Counted from the stretch's first letter, positions 1 to 15,489 are shown. The stretch: DNA of 64,000 nt from the human T2T-CHM13v2.0 reference genome, Homo sapiens (GCF_009914755.1 NC_060936.1); one strand, 5' to 3'. Notes: generated from the letters alone by a model not told the origin. Program-made: numbers and translations.

Positions 1-81
1 GTTGCAGTGAGCTGAGATCGTACCACTGCCCTCCAGCCTGGGTAACAGAAGGAGAACTTGTCTCCAAAAAAAAAAAAAAAA
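1..81 (+). mobile_element. Alu 3' end (cut by window edge)
   Basis: GTTGCAGTGAGCTGAGATCG...CTCCAGCCTGGG...poly(A). Confidence 0.95.
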
Positions 82-192
82 TTAACACCTTCCATGTCTG
101 GGGGATGCAAAGCCACCTTACTTAATACTAATAAAAGAAGAATAGGTTTGCTTGATTTACATGCCACCCTTGGGATCAAAAACCTTAGCTAG

Positions 193-895
193 TGCTATAG
201 ATGGAATGTTGTGTCCCCCTCCCTAATTCATAAGTTGAAATCTTAACACCCAGTGTGATGGTATGAGGAACTGGGGCCTTTGGGAGGTGATTAGATCATG
301 AGGATGGAGCCCACATTAATGGGATTAGTGCCTGATATGGTTTGGCTGTGTCCCCAACCAAATTTTATCTTGAATTGTAATAATCCTCATGTGTCATGGG
401 AGGGGCCCAGTGGGAGGTAATTGAATCATGGGGGCAGGCCTTTCCCATGCTGTTCTCATGATAGTGAATAAGTCTCATGAGATCTGATGGTTTTATATAG
501 GGGAGTTCCCCTGCACATGCTCTCTTGCCTGCCACCATGTAAGATGTGACTTTGCTCCTCCTTCACCTTCCTCCATTATTGTGAGGCCACCCCAGCTATG
601 TGGATCTGTGAACCCATTAAACCTCTTTCCTTTATAGATTACCTAGTCTACGATATGTCTTCATTAGCAGCGTGAAAACAGACTAATACAGTATCCTTAA
701 AAAAGTGATCCCAGAGAGCTCCCTCATCCCTTCTACTGCATGAAGACGAGGAGGCAGCAGGTCCTCACCAGATACTGAATCTTTCGAGCCTTCACTTTGG
801 ACTTTTTAGCCTGCAGAACTGTGAGAGATAAACTGCTGTCAATAAGCCACCCAGGCTACTGCACTTTGTTGCAGAAGCCCCAATAGACAAAGGCA
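193..895 (+). mobile_element. MLT1A/A0-type MaLR solo LTR, split by THE1 insertion
   Basis: TGCTATAG...AGGCA termini; perfect 5-bp TSD GCTAG (188-192, 896-900). Confidence 0.85.
333..690 (+). mobile_element. THE1 (THE1B-like) solo LTR nested in MLT1A
   Basis: TGATATGGTTTGGCTGTGTCCCC...GACTAATACA, typical THE1 LTR. Confidence 0.9.
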
Positions 896-1179
896 GCTAG
901 CAGATATGGGGGCGAAGGAACAATGTTCACTGGGGAGGGAGCCGACTTAAACAGGGAGGACATTTTACTTATAGCAAGTTTATAAAATTTTGATTTATGT
1001 AATTAATATAATTTTCAAATAACACATCGAGACTATATGATCTTAAGGATATTATAAGACTGATTATAGGGGAATACGATAGAATAGCAGTAACCAGAAT
1101 ACCAAATAAATCCCCAAATCTCAATGGACAGACACAAGAGAATTATGTCCCCCTTAAATCTGGCTAGTGGAAGTCCTTC

Positions 1180-1616
1180 TGAAACCAGCCTTAAGAGTCC
1201 CATAGAGAGTTGCTTTTGGATAAACATAGAAATGGACCCTTGTGCTGTTAAAGCTTGAAGCGTATATTTGTTTTATCTGAGTTCCTTTCTCAGGAAACGA
1301 CCTCATGCTTCTCACAAAAAATATCAAAGAAGGGAAACTAGATCACCACACCAGATGCTGGACCCCTCATTCACCATGATGGCTTCCTTGTCCTTCCCAA
1401 GTTCCTGTTTTCTTACACATTGTTACATTTCTTGCCTGCTATGTAAAGCCCTGGTTTTAGTCAGTCAGAGATATGGATTTGAGACTGAGCTCCCATCTCC
1501 TCAGCTGCAGCAACCAATTAAAGCCTTCTTCCTTGGCAATACTCGGCGTCTCAGTGATTTGCTTTCTGTGCAGTAAGCAGTAGGACTCAGACCAAACCCC
1601 TGGTGTTTCAGTAACA
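1180..1616 (+). mobile_element. ERV1-class solo LTR (MER66-like), copy 1, inside an older MLT1-like remnant (~1070-1890)
   Basis: TGAAACCAGCC...TTTCAGTAACA; ATTAAA signal; flanks CCTTC/ACTTC; homologous to 51893-52718 and 58088-58609. Confidence 0.75.
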
Positions 1617-3613
1617 ACTTCCAGGTGCTGCTGAGAACCCGGCTATTTCCATTTTGCATATTTGTATTTGGATAGGGGAAGAGAAAGTACAAAGCTGACA
1701 CTCTCTATTCCTACTCACCTTGGCTCAGAAGCAACACATCACCACTGCTCACACCCTATTGGTGACAACTAGCCACACACCCCCAACTAAATGTCATGGT
1801 GGCAAATGTTATTCCCAGCTGGACAGCTGCTCCCTGTGACAGCTCTGCATGTTGGAAGAGGGAGTGACACATTGATGGATAACAACCTTTCTGTGTCAGA
1901 ACTTGTGAGCTGTAAACCCTCCTAGTCATTATCCAGGGGGAAGACAAAGGGTCATCCCTCTAAGTGGTAGAAAGGAAAGGAAAAGACAAAACCAGAATTG
2001 TTTCTAGATTATTTTCCTTGCATCTTGAGGGTTCAGTGCAACAGCTATTTATGGCATAGGGCTCCAGTGGGGACACAAGATACCACAGGAAGCCACAGCA
2101 GAGATGTTGAACCCACACTTGAGAGGATCGAGCAAATTAAATGTTTAAACAGGAAACTTAGAGTTGAGGAGGAGCTAGCCAAACACCAATGGGGGTTAGG
2201 GAACGTCCAGGCAAGCATGGCACCCAGAAAAGCCTCAGAATGGGGAGAGCATGATGCATTCTTGGGACTGAATGGTCCAGTGGGGTGTGAAGGGTAAAAG
2301 GGATGGGGCTGAAGGGTCGGCAGCCACCAAATGGGGACACATATTGTTACCCACCAGGCATTTGGGGAGCCCTTGGAACGTCTTCAGGAGGAAGTGGGGT
2401 AACTCGATTTACCTTTCAGGAAGATCCCTGGGGCTGCAGGGGGAAAAGCCTGAGGGAGCAGAATTGAAGGGGTCAGCCCAGATGGCACTGGTGATCTGGG
2501 GGTAAGAAAACTGTGGCTTAAAGGAAGGCAGAAGCCCTGGGTGTGAAGCAAGTGGGCAAATTTGAGAGCTGGTTAGGAGGCAAGACCTCACTTCTCTGTA
2601 TCTAAACATGATGCTCAAATCCTGCTTCCTCTAAAGAGTTTTCCCCGCTCCATCTTTGCACTCACACAACAATTAGAGTCTGTTTTGAATAACTTAATCT
2701 TTAGTTACACATTCCATAAACAGACAACCTTGAAACTGTATAGATTAAAAGATATTATTTTATATAGCACTAAGAAGCAAACATCATATATTGTAAGACA
2801 CAATCGATGGTAAGATGGTTTCTAAATTAAGTGATATGAAACTGAAAAAATGTCATGTAAGAATTTATGAAATACTCAAAGTCACTTTACTCTTTTATGT
2901 CTTCCCAATTTCTTTCTCCAGTGAGCTTGTGAATTCTTTAGGTATAGACTATGATTTATACTTCCATAAAGTATAAGACCTATCTTTGAATCACTTATAC
3001 AGTGAGTGGTAAATGCTTGCATAGAAATGAACTACAAAATGTCAGACCATTTGAAGAAGAAATCAAAAGTTCCAACGGGTTATGAAATAGTCTCATCTTT
3101 AAGTGAAGAAATTGGACATTTGGGAGAAAAACTACATAGAAAACTTACAAAAATTCAATGCACTTTTAATGAAACAAAGTTATACATTACATAATTTAAA
3201 GATTCAATTATTTCAACCGGATTTGTTAAAAATCCAAACCAAACCGAGCCAAAATAGTCCCCTACTATTTGCCTAATTCCCCTGAGTGACAGGCAACCAC
3301 TTTAAACTGTTTTGATAATTTTTGTGGCACTTTGCTGTATAATTCCAGGTGATATATTTTCAGCTTTTGTTCTTAGAGGACTTCCTGCTGTTGAGCCTGA
3401 GAATTCAGTTTCAATGCAGCTCTAATTCTCTTTTTGACACACTGAAATATATTCAGCTTTTGTGCCCCATCACCTAGTTACATTGTTATCTAGATTAGGT
3501 CATATAATTTTTACATATTTAGGATGGTGAAACATGATTCACATGTAAACCATGTGGATTACTAGATTACATTTTATTTTATGTTACTTTTTGTTTTACC
3601 TGGAGTTAGTAAT

Positions 3614-4028
3614 TGTGTTAGGCCCTTTTTGCATTGCTCTAAAGAAATACCTGAGACTGGGTAATTTATAAGAAAAGAGGTTTCATTGGTTCATGATTCT
3701 GTAGGGTGTACAGGAAGCATAGCAACGTTTGTTTCTGGCAAGACCTCAGGAAGCTTTCAAGCATGGTGGAAGGCAAGGGGGGAGCAGGCACACCACATGG
3801 CGAAAGCAGGAGCAAGAGAGAGAGTAGGAGGGGAGGTGCCACACACTTTTAAATGACCAGATCTTGTGTGAACTCAGAGCCGGAGCTCACTTATCACCAA
3901 GGGGATGGCCCAAGCCATTCACAAGGGATCTGCTCGCAAGATCCAAACACTTCCCACCAGGACACACCTCCAGCACTGGGCATTACCTTTCAACATAATG
4001 GGTGGGGACAAATATCCAAACTATATCA
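3614..4028 (-). mobile_element. MSTB-like MaLR solo LTR
   Basis: TGTGTTAGGCC...AAACTATATCA; TSD GTAAT on both sides. Confidence 0.9.
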
Positions 4029-4544
4029 GTAATTGTCCTGGTACTTTATTTTATTTTATATTTTTAAGAAACTCATCATTAACAACCCCATATTCTCCAC
4101 TAGTTGTCTAAACCTCCTATCAATATATTTCACCAATTTTGTTTTTTTGATGGTCATCTCTCCTAGAGTCTTTTGACCTACTCCAGCATGGGCAAGTTGC
4201 TGTCTACACCTAGTGAGCAGCTCCCATCTTTGATCTTCCTTTAGCAACATCCCAAGGATTCTGTTTGCTTCTTTTATGTGTTAGTCTTCCTTCTTCTTGA
4301 CTCGCTTCCTAATCTATGTGGTTTATGTCATTACTGGCTCTCCAAAAGACCTAGAATATATGGGAATGTTTTTGTTTTCCTGTCATACTTTAATTTGTGT
4401 AGGTATGGAATTCTTCATTAAAAATATTTTTTTCTTAGAATATTGAAAGTGTTTCTCTATAGTCTTCTAATTTCCTGGGTTGTTGTTGAGAGGTTTGAAG
4501 CTCTCCTGGGATAAACCAAAGATTAGGAAACAGAAGCTCTCAGC

Positions 4545-4765
4545 CAATGTTTTTCAATCTCAGCATCATTGGCATTTTGGATTTTATAATTCCGTGTTGT
4601 AGAAAGTGTCCTGTGCATGATAAGGTGCTGATCAGCATTCCAGGACTCTGCCCACCAGCTGCCAGTAGCACCCCCTGTCCAAGTGTGACAATCAACAATA
4701 AATGTCTCCAGACACTGCCCCTGGGGAAGGTGGAGAGCAAAATCACCTCCAGTTGAGAACCACTG
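4545..4765. mobile_element. MER20 (hAT-Charlie)
   Basis: GCCAGTAGCACCCCC...GTGACAA...AAATGTCTCCAGACA...GTTGAGAACCACTG. Confidence 0.85.
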
Positions 4766-5164
4766 CTCTCAACTTCAGTTCAGACGTAGCCTTGCTAGAT
4801 GTTTGACCATGGGAACGTTGTTGAGAGTCTGGTTTCACAGTTGGAAATGGAGTTAATGATCTCTGCTTTGCCTACACTAAGGAAATGTGAGAACCACATG
4901 AGTTAGTAGATGTGAAAAATGACTTTATATATTAATGTGTTACATAAATGGAAAGCCATATTATTACTTGATTAAATATTTTAAGGTACGTATTCTAGGA
5001 TGTTGGAAACTCGACAGACCTGGTTTGAATTATACTTGCAAATCCTAACAGAATACTTAGCAAATGATAGGATTTCAGCTAATACTAGTTCGCTGAATAA
5101 AATTGTCTAAAACAAGGCAGTCATGTAAAATATAGAAATTTCTATTGTGTGTGTGTATCTGAGT

Positions 5165-5610
5165 GTGCTGTTTAGGATAATACTGGTTGCTATGACAAAT
5201 AAATCTAAAAATGCAAAATGGCTCAAACACAATAGATGTTTATTTCTTACTGCTAGAACCCTCCGAATGGTTGCTCTGAGTCATTAGATGAATCACTTTT
5301 CGGCAGTGATTAGTTCTATACACGACTTTGCCAACTTCAACACATGGCTTCCAAAATGGGTGTGATAACCCATGACAAGAAGGCAACAAAGGAAAAAAAA
5401 AAAAACAAGTAGAGAAAACACAGCTGCATCTTAAGACACATCAACACACACTGCTTCTGTTCATATTTCCTGAGTGGATTCTAGTCATATGATCCCATCT
5501 AGGTTCTGGGAAAGGGGATACTAGGGAATGTAGCTGTGGGACAAGCCTTAGTTGCCTTCCAGCAAGTGCACGGGGAAAGTGTATTTGATGCACAGGTGAC
5601 CACGCCCATT
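5165..5610 (-). mobile_element. Old MLT1 (J/K/L-like) LTR remnant
   Basis: GCTATGACAAAT...GGCTCAAACACAATAGATGTTTATTTCTT and CTAGTCATATG...GGGAATGTAGC motifs. Confidence 0.55.
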
Positions 5611-5788
5611 ACCAGGTATTAATATGTATCCTCACCAGCCCAGGTATTCTAGCTCAGTTCCAATGCTAGAAATCATTGAATTGCTAGAAATCAGATCAAT
5701 GCAGATCCAAAGCTCCAATGTTTAGAGTTTTCTGTGCCTTTATTAAAGTCTCTCTCTGTGTGTGTGTGTGCTTATAATGCAAACATGA

Positions 5789-6172
<384 letters not shown>

Positions 6173-8469
6173 CCCTCCTTCTGTTTCTTTACTGAAACCT
6201 TCCCAGTTCATATGCATGGTCTATCGGGGGATTTCTTGAGGTTTTGGGGGCAGGGATTGTACAGATCTTTCAGAGTGCTAAGCTAAACTCTGGGCACTTA
6301 ATTGCTACTCAATAGATATATTAGTAAATCAATAATATTTTAAAAATATGTAGATATATGGTCTAGAATTCTTTGCAAGCAAAAAGAAATCAACTTGGCT
6401 TAATGTAAGCACAAGGTGATTTATTGAACAGAGATAAGGGTGATGGAGAGTGTGTGCCCCTGGAACTAGCGGGAAGCTCAGTATTGGCCTGGGTGGCCCA
6501 AGGCAGCCCCGGAAGACACTGGGAACCTCATCAGTGCTCCCTAGATACAAAGGGATTAGAGGACAAGCCATCTTTCAAATGAAATTGAACATAAGCTCCT
6601 TTCAATTATTTGTCCCTCTGTTTAAAAAGGGATGCCTAGTTGACCTACCTTGGCGGAGGTAACCACCGGAATAGATCATGTCTAACATGAAAGAGGTAAT
6701 TCCAATTTAAATAGAGTGTTGTTAGGAAAGAGAATAAATAAATAAACAAGAAATGTTCACCACATTTGGTGCTATTCTTTTTTTATTCTCAAAGCACATA
6801 GTCCTCTGAGTGGTGAAGATTCATTTGCATCACGAGACTCCAATCACCCATTATTTGAGAAGAAGCCGAAGGAATTTTGACCTCTTTTTGCTATTTAGTT
6901 TTCAATATTGACATACTTGAGGTTGGGTAAACATGTTACTACATCTCAATTTTAGTTCAAAGCTCAGAAACAGTTAACTGGCCATTAGTACTGATTTGCC
7001 ATAAATTGCTTTTCATTATGGGCTCAAGTAGAAACCATCCAGATTGAGTCAATTGCAGCAAGACCTGAGATTAAGTTTCAAGCATTTATGGCCTCACTAT
7101 AGAAATGAAATTCAATTACAGAAAACTCTCTCTGTCTCTTTCTTTCTGTAACACATTTAAAACAATACCCTTATATGTAGAGAGAGAAGGTGACGCGAAG
7201 GGTTGATATAGCATGAATGTGCAAATTTACATCTATAAAGTAAGAAGAGATTTAATTTTGCTTTTCTTGGTCCTGCAGCATCTTTTTAAAAAACGCCTTG
7301 ACATAATAGCAAGAGACCTTCATTTATTTTCCATTAGTGCAGTGGCTCCTCGCACAATCAGTCACAGGATGCATGAAATCATCAATAACCAAAGCAGGAT
7401 AGTAATTGAATATATCTGTTCATGGAAGCCAAATTCATCTGTAACGCCACTCAAGGTCTTACATCCCACTGGAGTCCCCGTATTAACTGCAAAAGGCAAC
7501 AAGAGCATGACTCTGCACTTTCCTTTTCCAGCTGGAATCCCACGCTCTTGAGTTTGTGGGACAAGCTGTTTCCTTCATCTCAGTCTTACTCCATCAAGCG
7601 TCCTTCGACCACATCTAGTGACAGCAGAAATGTTTCACAGGAGCCTTGGTTGTCTTGGCCATTGAGTGCAGTAGAGAGCAGCAGGGCAGGTCAGCCCTGC
7701 TCTACTGCTGGCTTCTCACATGAAGCAACTGAATGGCTCATCTTTGTGAGAATGGGGAATGTGTACTGAAGGAAGGCATGGCAGTCACTGCTGCTGAAGG
7801 ATTTGAAGGACAAATGTTGAACCCTAATGACTGGCGGCGGCAAAAGGAACGTACGGCAATTGTCATGTGATTGTCAAATTAGTGTGGCCAAGGCATATTC
7901 ATATTGGGGTCTTGAGATGTTATTGTTCGTATTGTGCATGTTAGCTTTGGCATATTTTATATAATTAGAAAATAAAGACCTGTTATTACACACACACAAA
8001 CACACACATCCACATCCACATGCTGTAGTTTACACATTTGTATTTAGGGTAAAATTAAGCTAATTTTGACTTGAGGAATTTGTGGTATGTGTAATATTCA
8101 TAACCGTGGTTGATAGGTTACAAAGCTAAACTTAGTGATAAGTAAAATAAAATAACTTTCAAATTCCTATGTGCAAGAAGGAAAAGATTGGCCCATAGGG
8201 TTAGTCATTGAGCAAATACTTAAAACTATGACCACGGGGAGTCAACGTACTGGAAACCCCTTAGGTCAACTTAGTTTTTTGTAAGCAGTAATGGAGAGAA
8301 TCCTGTGAAATTCTCTCTAGACCGTATTCCCAAAGTGATTCATTCTCTGAAAATGACCACCATCCAATGTATTTTACTCTGCTTCCTCTGATCCTCTGGT
8401 CTCGCCAACTGAGCCCATTTTCTGATTCTCTTAGGGCATGCTAGGCAGTCACAGCTTAATTATAAAATG

Positions 8470-8870
8470 ACTCTTAATCATTAACTCAAGAAATCTTTGC
8501 TGGGCACTAAATATGTTTAGGCCTTATTTCCAGGACTGAAGAGACAGAGATGAATAACATTGTCCCTGCTCTCAAGAAGCTTTTAGTTCACTGGAAAAGA
8601 TCTGAGTTTGTGCCATACTTGCCTTGAGGGTTATCATGCAGTTGGATCATAAGAATGCAGACTCCAATACCAAATTCCAGCCCCATCCTGCTCTGGCTGT
8701 GTGGTCTCAGGCCAGTTACATGCCTTCCCTGGGCATCCATTGCCTTATGTGTGAGTTGGGTGCACTAACCACATCCCACGTCCTAGGGCTGTGGTGGGGA
8801 TTAAATGAGGTGATATATGCACAGCACAGTTGAGCTCCTATTGAGTGCTCAGGGACGCTAGTTATGATTC
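8470..8870. mobile_element. L2 3' fragment followed by MIR
   Basis: GTCCCTGCTCTCAAGAAGCT (L2); GGATTAAATGAGGTGATATATG...CACAG (MIR). Confidence 0.6.
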
Positions 8871-8975
8871 CCATTCCTCCAGGGGACTCTGAGACTCAGT
8901 GATTGACAAGGGGATGGGAGCAGATCAAGATCTCTGAGGGAGAGTCATCTATGTCTTAGCAATTCATGATTACAA

Positions 8976-9155
8976 TTTTTTTCTTTTTTTTCTGAGACAG
9001 GGTCTCACTCGGTTGCCCAGGCTGCAGTGCAGTGGCACCACCTCAGCTTACTGCAACCTCCACCTCAAGGGCTCAAGCGACTCCCCCGACCTCAGCTTCC
9101 TGAGTAGCTGGAACTACAGGAACATGCCTGCATGGCCAGTGCACCATGCCTGGCT

Positions 9156-9205
<50 letters not shown>

Positions 9206-9323
9206 TAGAGACAGGGTTTCTCTGTGTTACCCAGGCTGGTCTTGAACATCTGGGTTCAGGTGATCTGCCCACCTCAGCCTCTCAAAGTGGTGGGATTACA
9301 GGCATGAACCACCATGCCCAGCT
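8976..9323 (-). mobile_element. AluJ with expanded linker (T47 at 9158-9204)
   Basis: GAGACAGGGTCTCACTC...GGGCTCAAGCGA; J-type positions. Confidence 0.93.
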
Positions 9324-9937
9324 TACAAAATCTTTAAATAATAAGATATATTTAACAAAAAACCTGGTGTTGTTTTTAGCCTAAATGTTAGAGTTTATTT
9401 CCTGAAGTGTTTTTTTCATTGTTACAATCAATTTTCACATATAAATTGGGTTATATTTTCATGAGCAACTCTACTTGATATGCTGATAACATAAATCAAT
9501 GGAGAGTAGCATTATTGTGTTTGTGTTCCATAATGGAAAAAAAATATAAATTGTGCGAGTCCTGCTTTTTTATTTAAATCTTTATGCAATTATAGACACT
9601 TAATAATACATTTTGCAATATGTTGGTAATCTTGGTCCCAAATAAATAGCAAATAGCTTAATGTAAAGAGAATCAATATAATCATTTAAGAGAAATCATT
9701 AATAAGAATGTGTTGACTATCTTATGTCAGGCACTGTCTTCACAGAATTTGTTTCATCTTGCATCTTTTTGCTTTGTAGTTTCAGAAATTAACAAGATAA
9801 ATCTGTGAAATAAAATTTTTACGATTTGATGAAAACAAAACAAATTTGACTCTCTCAATGAGGACTGTTTGGAAAAAAAATAGAAAATGTGCTAGTATGC
9901 TGAGGAAATATCAAGACCCAAAATAATCTGCCCAGAG

Positions 9938-10124
9938 TTTATTTTTATTATTTTTTTATTGTACATCTTTCTGGTGCACAATATGATGTTTTGATATATT
10001 CATCCATGGTGAAATGGTTACTGTAGTCAAGCAAATGAACATACCTGTCATCTCACATAGTTAGGTTTTTATGTGTGGCAAGAGCCCCTAAAATCTGCTC
10101 TCAACAAAAATCTCTAATACAGTA
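9938..10124 (-). mobile_element. L1MA-type 3' end fragment
   Basis: ATGATGTTTTGATATA...GTGAAATGGTTACT...AGTCAAGCAAATGAACATA...CTCACATAGTTA. Confidence 0.8.
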
Positions 10125-10336
10125 AAACAAAAACCTTGTTTCTGTAATACAATCTGGAGAAGGCAGCACTCAGCACATACTTGGTGGGCAAATGAAGAAT
10201 GCAGCAATGGTTTTTGATGGAAAGGGTAGAAAAAGAGGAAGATTCTCCAGTTCTGCCCCAACTCCATGGTGGAGGCAGAATGGACTATCAAAACATGTAA
10301 ATTTTTTGGAAAAGAAGGAATGAGTTAAATAAAAAA

Positions 10337-10555
10337 ATTTTGAAAACTCCAGCCTAAATCCACTTGGATCAAGAAAGTCCTTAGGAATAAAGTTAGTGGT
10401 GGTGGTTTTTGACAATGTCACTGAACAAAGAAACCAGATTTAGGGAAAAACATTTTGGAAACTCCAGTCTAAATCCGCTTGGATCAAGAAAGTCCTTAGG
10501 AATAAAGTTACTGGTGGCAATTTTTGACAATGCCGCTGAACAAAGAAACCAGATT
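10337..10555. repeat. Tandem duplication, 115-bp period, two copies
   Basis: 10337-10440 and 10452-10555 share AAACTCCAG.CTAAATCC.CTTGGATCAAGAAAGTCCTTAGGAATAAAGTTA...CTGAACAAAGAAACCAGATT. Confidence 0.95.
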
Positions 10556-11156
10556 AGAGTTACTTGAACAGCTCTGTCCTATGGCGGGGGGTCTTCTGCA
10601 GGGGGATAAGGCTGCTCTTGAGAGCTAGGGGACATGGTTATCAAGATAAATGAAACAGGAGTACCTCCTTCCACCACAGGCAAAGCCTCTGGCAATAGGT
10701 GGCCAAGCCTGGGCTGATCATATCCAGGTTGTACCATTTGCTACGCTGTGTGGGGTGCAGTGAAGGTCTGTAGGTTGAGCCTGAAGAACTCATGTTGGCC
10801 AAACCAAAATGACATTTAATACTTGGACTTGCTGGTGCTTGCTGTGTAAAGAGTCCTTACAGAAGGTGGCACACACAGAGATGACACAGAGAAAGAGGAG
10901 CCTGGTGCTACCAAGTCAGGCAGTCTTGTTTCTTGTCTTCCTGTACTCTGTACCTCTTGGAGGTGATGAAGGCCAAAGAGACCCTTGGGAGTAGCCTCAC
11001 TTTCCATGCTAATCTGCATGCATGAGAATGACATCAGTGAGTACTGCTGACATTAACAAAACAAAATAATAAAGTCTTGAAATATGCATCCCCCTTATGA
11101 ACTGGACCCACATAATGCCCAAATATGCTTTGTGTTGATTTTGCTTTTGGTCCAAT

Positions 11157-11650
<494 letters not shown>

Positions 11651-11864
11651 CTCAGGGCTGAAATCTTTGCAAGGAAGATTTATCATGTGGATTGGAATGT
11701 ACGTTAGGGCAGCTTCATGTCCTGACAGACTGTGGGGGATTTCTTTCACGTTAAAGGATGACAATGACAAAGACTTGAGATGCATTCTGTGACAACCATT
11801 TGTCATGAACATCACCACACATATCACCTCTTATGACTGGAGGTGGAAGATCCTTCAGAATTAG

Positions 11865-12206
<342 letters not shown>

Positions 12207-13062
12207 TAAAATAAATATTCTAATGTCAACGCCATTTCATGGCATAGGTTAGTGAGTTGCATCTCTGGTTTAAGTTTAACAAAGGGTAAAATACGGCAGA
12301 AGGTTTGTGGAGCATAATTTTCCCAATTTGCTGGCCTGGAGTTGCTGTGGGAAACCATGGAGAAATCATAAGTACTTCCTAACTTAGAGTGCTGCCTGTC
12401 TTAGGGTTCCTCTGATCTCTTGTGGCCAAGATGTGCAGTAACTTAGAAACAACAGAGGAGTTGTCACGACTTTTAAGAAAAATGACGGTAGATATAAAAA
12501 TATCTATTAGACCTGCTTTTAAGTGTTTTTGTAATGTGGCTTTATTAAGCTATAATTCACATAACATAAAACGTATCCTTTAAAAGTATACAATTCAGCT
12601 GCTTTTCGTGCATTCTCAGAATTGAACAGCCATCACCACTATCTGATTCTGGAACATTTTCATCACTCCATTAGCAGTCACTCCTCATTCCCTCAAACAC
12701 TGGCCCCCGGCAACCACCACTCTGTCTTCATGGATTTTGTCATTACAGATATTTCATATAAATGGAATCATATGATGTATGACCTTTTGTGTCTGACTTC
12801 TTTCACTTTGTATAGTGTGTTTAAGATTTATCTATGTTAGTTCATGTATCAGTACTTCCTTTCTTTTTATAGCATGGATAAACACATTTTGTTTATCAAT
12901 ACATCAGTTGAGAGATATTTGGTTTGAATTCTTGGTATTATGAATAATGCCAATGTGGGCATTTGTGTACATATCTTTGCATGAACATTTGTTTTCAATT
13001 CTATTGGGAAGACATTTGAAGTGGAACTTCTGGATCATATAGTAACTTTATGTTTAACTTTT

Positions 13063-13363
13063 TTTTTTTTTTTTTTTTTTTGAGACGGAGTCTCACTCTG
13101 TCTCCCAGGCTGGAGTGCAGTGGCCTGATCTCGGTTCACTGCAAGCTCTGCCTCCTGGGTTCACAGCCATTCTCCTGCCTCAGCCTCCGGAGTAGCTGGG
13201 ACTACAGGCGCCCGCCACCACGCCCGGCTAATTTTTTGTATTTTTAGTAGAGACGGGGTTTCACCGTGTTAGCCAGGATGGTCTCGATCTCCTGACCTCG
13301 TGATCCACCCGCCTCGGCCTCCCAAAATGCTGGGATTACAGGCGTGAGCTACCGTGCCCGGCC
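13063..13363 (-). mobile_element. AluY
   Basis: GCAAGCTC, CACCGTGTTAGCCAGGATG; CpG-rich; TSD TGTTTAACTTTT. Confidence 0.95.
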
Positions 13364-13470
13364 TGTTTAACTTTTTGGGGAATTGCTAAAATGTTTTCCA
13401 AAGGGACTGTGCAATTTTACATTTCTACCGGCAATTTTCTAGTTTTTAAAAATATCTTCACCAATTCATG

Positions 13471-13895
13471 GGCATTAGGCCATTCTTGCGTTGCTATAAA
13501 GGAGTACCTGAGGCTGGTTATTTTGTGAAGGAAAGAGGTTTAACTGGCTCGCAGCTCTGTGGGCTGTACAGACATGGCACCAACATCTGCTTGGCTTCTG
13601 GTGAGGGCCTCAGGAAGCTTGCAATCATGGTGGAAGGCAAAGTGGGAGCAGGTGCGTCACATGGCGAGAGCAGAAGCAAGAGAGAGAGAGAAGGAAGGCC
13701 CCATATTCTTTTAAACAACCGGATCTTGTGTGAATTAACTGAGTGAGAACCCATTCACCACCAGAGGGATGGTGTTAAGCCATTCGGAGGGACCCACACA
13801 CACGATCCAATCACCTCCCACCAGGCTGCACCTCCAACACTGGGGCTCACATTTCAAAATGAGATTTTGTGGGGACACACATCCAACCCATATCA
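13471..13895 (-). mobile_element. MST (A/B) solo LTR
   Basis: CATTAGGCCATTCTTGCGTTGCTATAAAG...CCATATCA; flanks TCATG/ACATG. Confidence 0.88.
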
Positions 13896-14106
13896 ACATG
13901 GTACTGTCTAACTTTTGGGTTCTAGTCGTCCTAGTGGGCTTGAAATGATATCTCATTGTGGTTTTGATTTGCATTTCCCTAAGGACTATGGTGTTGAATA
14001 CACGATTTAGTCTCTTTGTAAGAGAAATGTCTGTTAATTCTTTCTGCCTGTTTTTTGGTCGGGTTGTGTGTATTTCGATTGTTGAGTTGTAAGAGTACTT
14101 TATATA

Positions 14107-14895
<789 letters not shown>

Positions 14896-15489
14896 CTATA
14901 CTAAACCAACAGACAAAATGAACTTGGAGGAAACAGAGAATACAGGGAGAGGACACTTAAAAAAAAGATATGGACTCTCTAAAATAAGAAGCTGTAAAAG
15001 AGAAATGTTAGAGGAAAAGATAACTTTTAGAAATAGCGGATGATCTTTGATTCTTGGCATAGCATCTGATTCTAGAAGTAGAAATTTCAAGATGCCCTTT
15101 GCCTTGATTTTCCAAGAAATAAGTTTGTGTAATGAAGCTAACTATTCACACCTTTCTTTAACACTGATCTTGATTAATTCATTAAACAAATACTTACTAA
15201 GCACCTACTATGTATCAAGCATAGTTCTAGCTGGCTGGAATAAGGCACTGGAACAAAATCTATGAAAGTTCTCATCTTGATGGTATTGACGATCTAGCTG
15301 GGTGAGGCAGACAATATAATTAAAAATGGTAAGTGCTAGAGAAATTTAATATAGCCGGGTAAAAATCACTGAGGCAGCCTGCTACTGGTGGCAGTAGTGG
15401 GGACAAATAGTTTAAATTACATCAGTGTTGGCCATTCTGATAAGAGAACATTGGAAAGAAGCTTGAATGAGGTGAAGGACTGAGCCTGG

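Noticed and set aside
10337-10555. Direct repeats as a CRISPR-like array
   Set aside because: Only two long units, no repeat-spacer pattern, no cas genes, primate context
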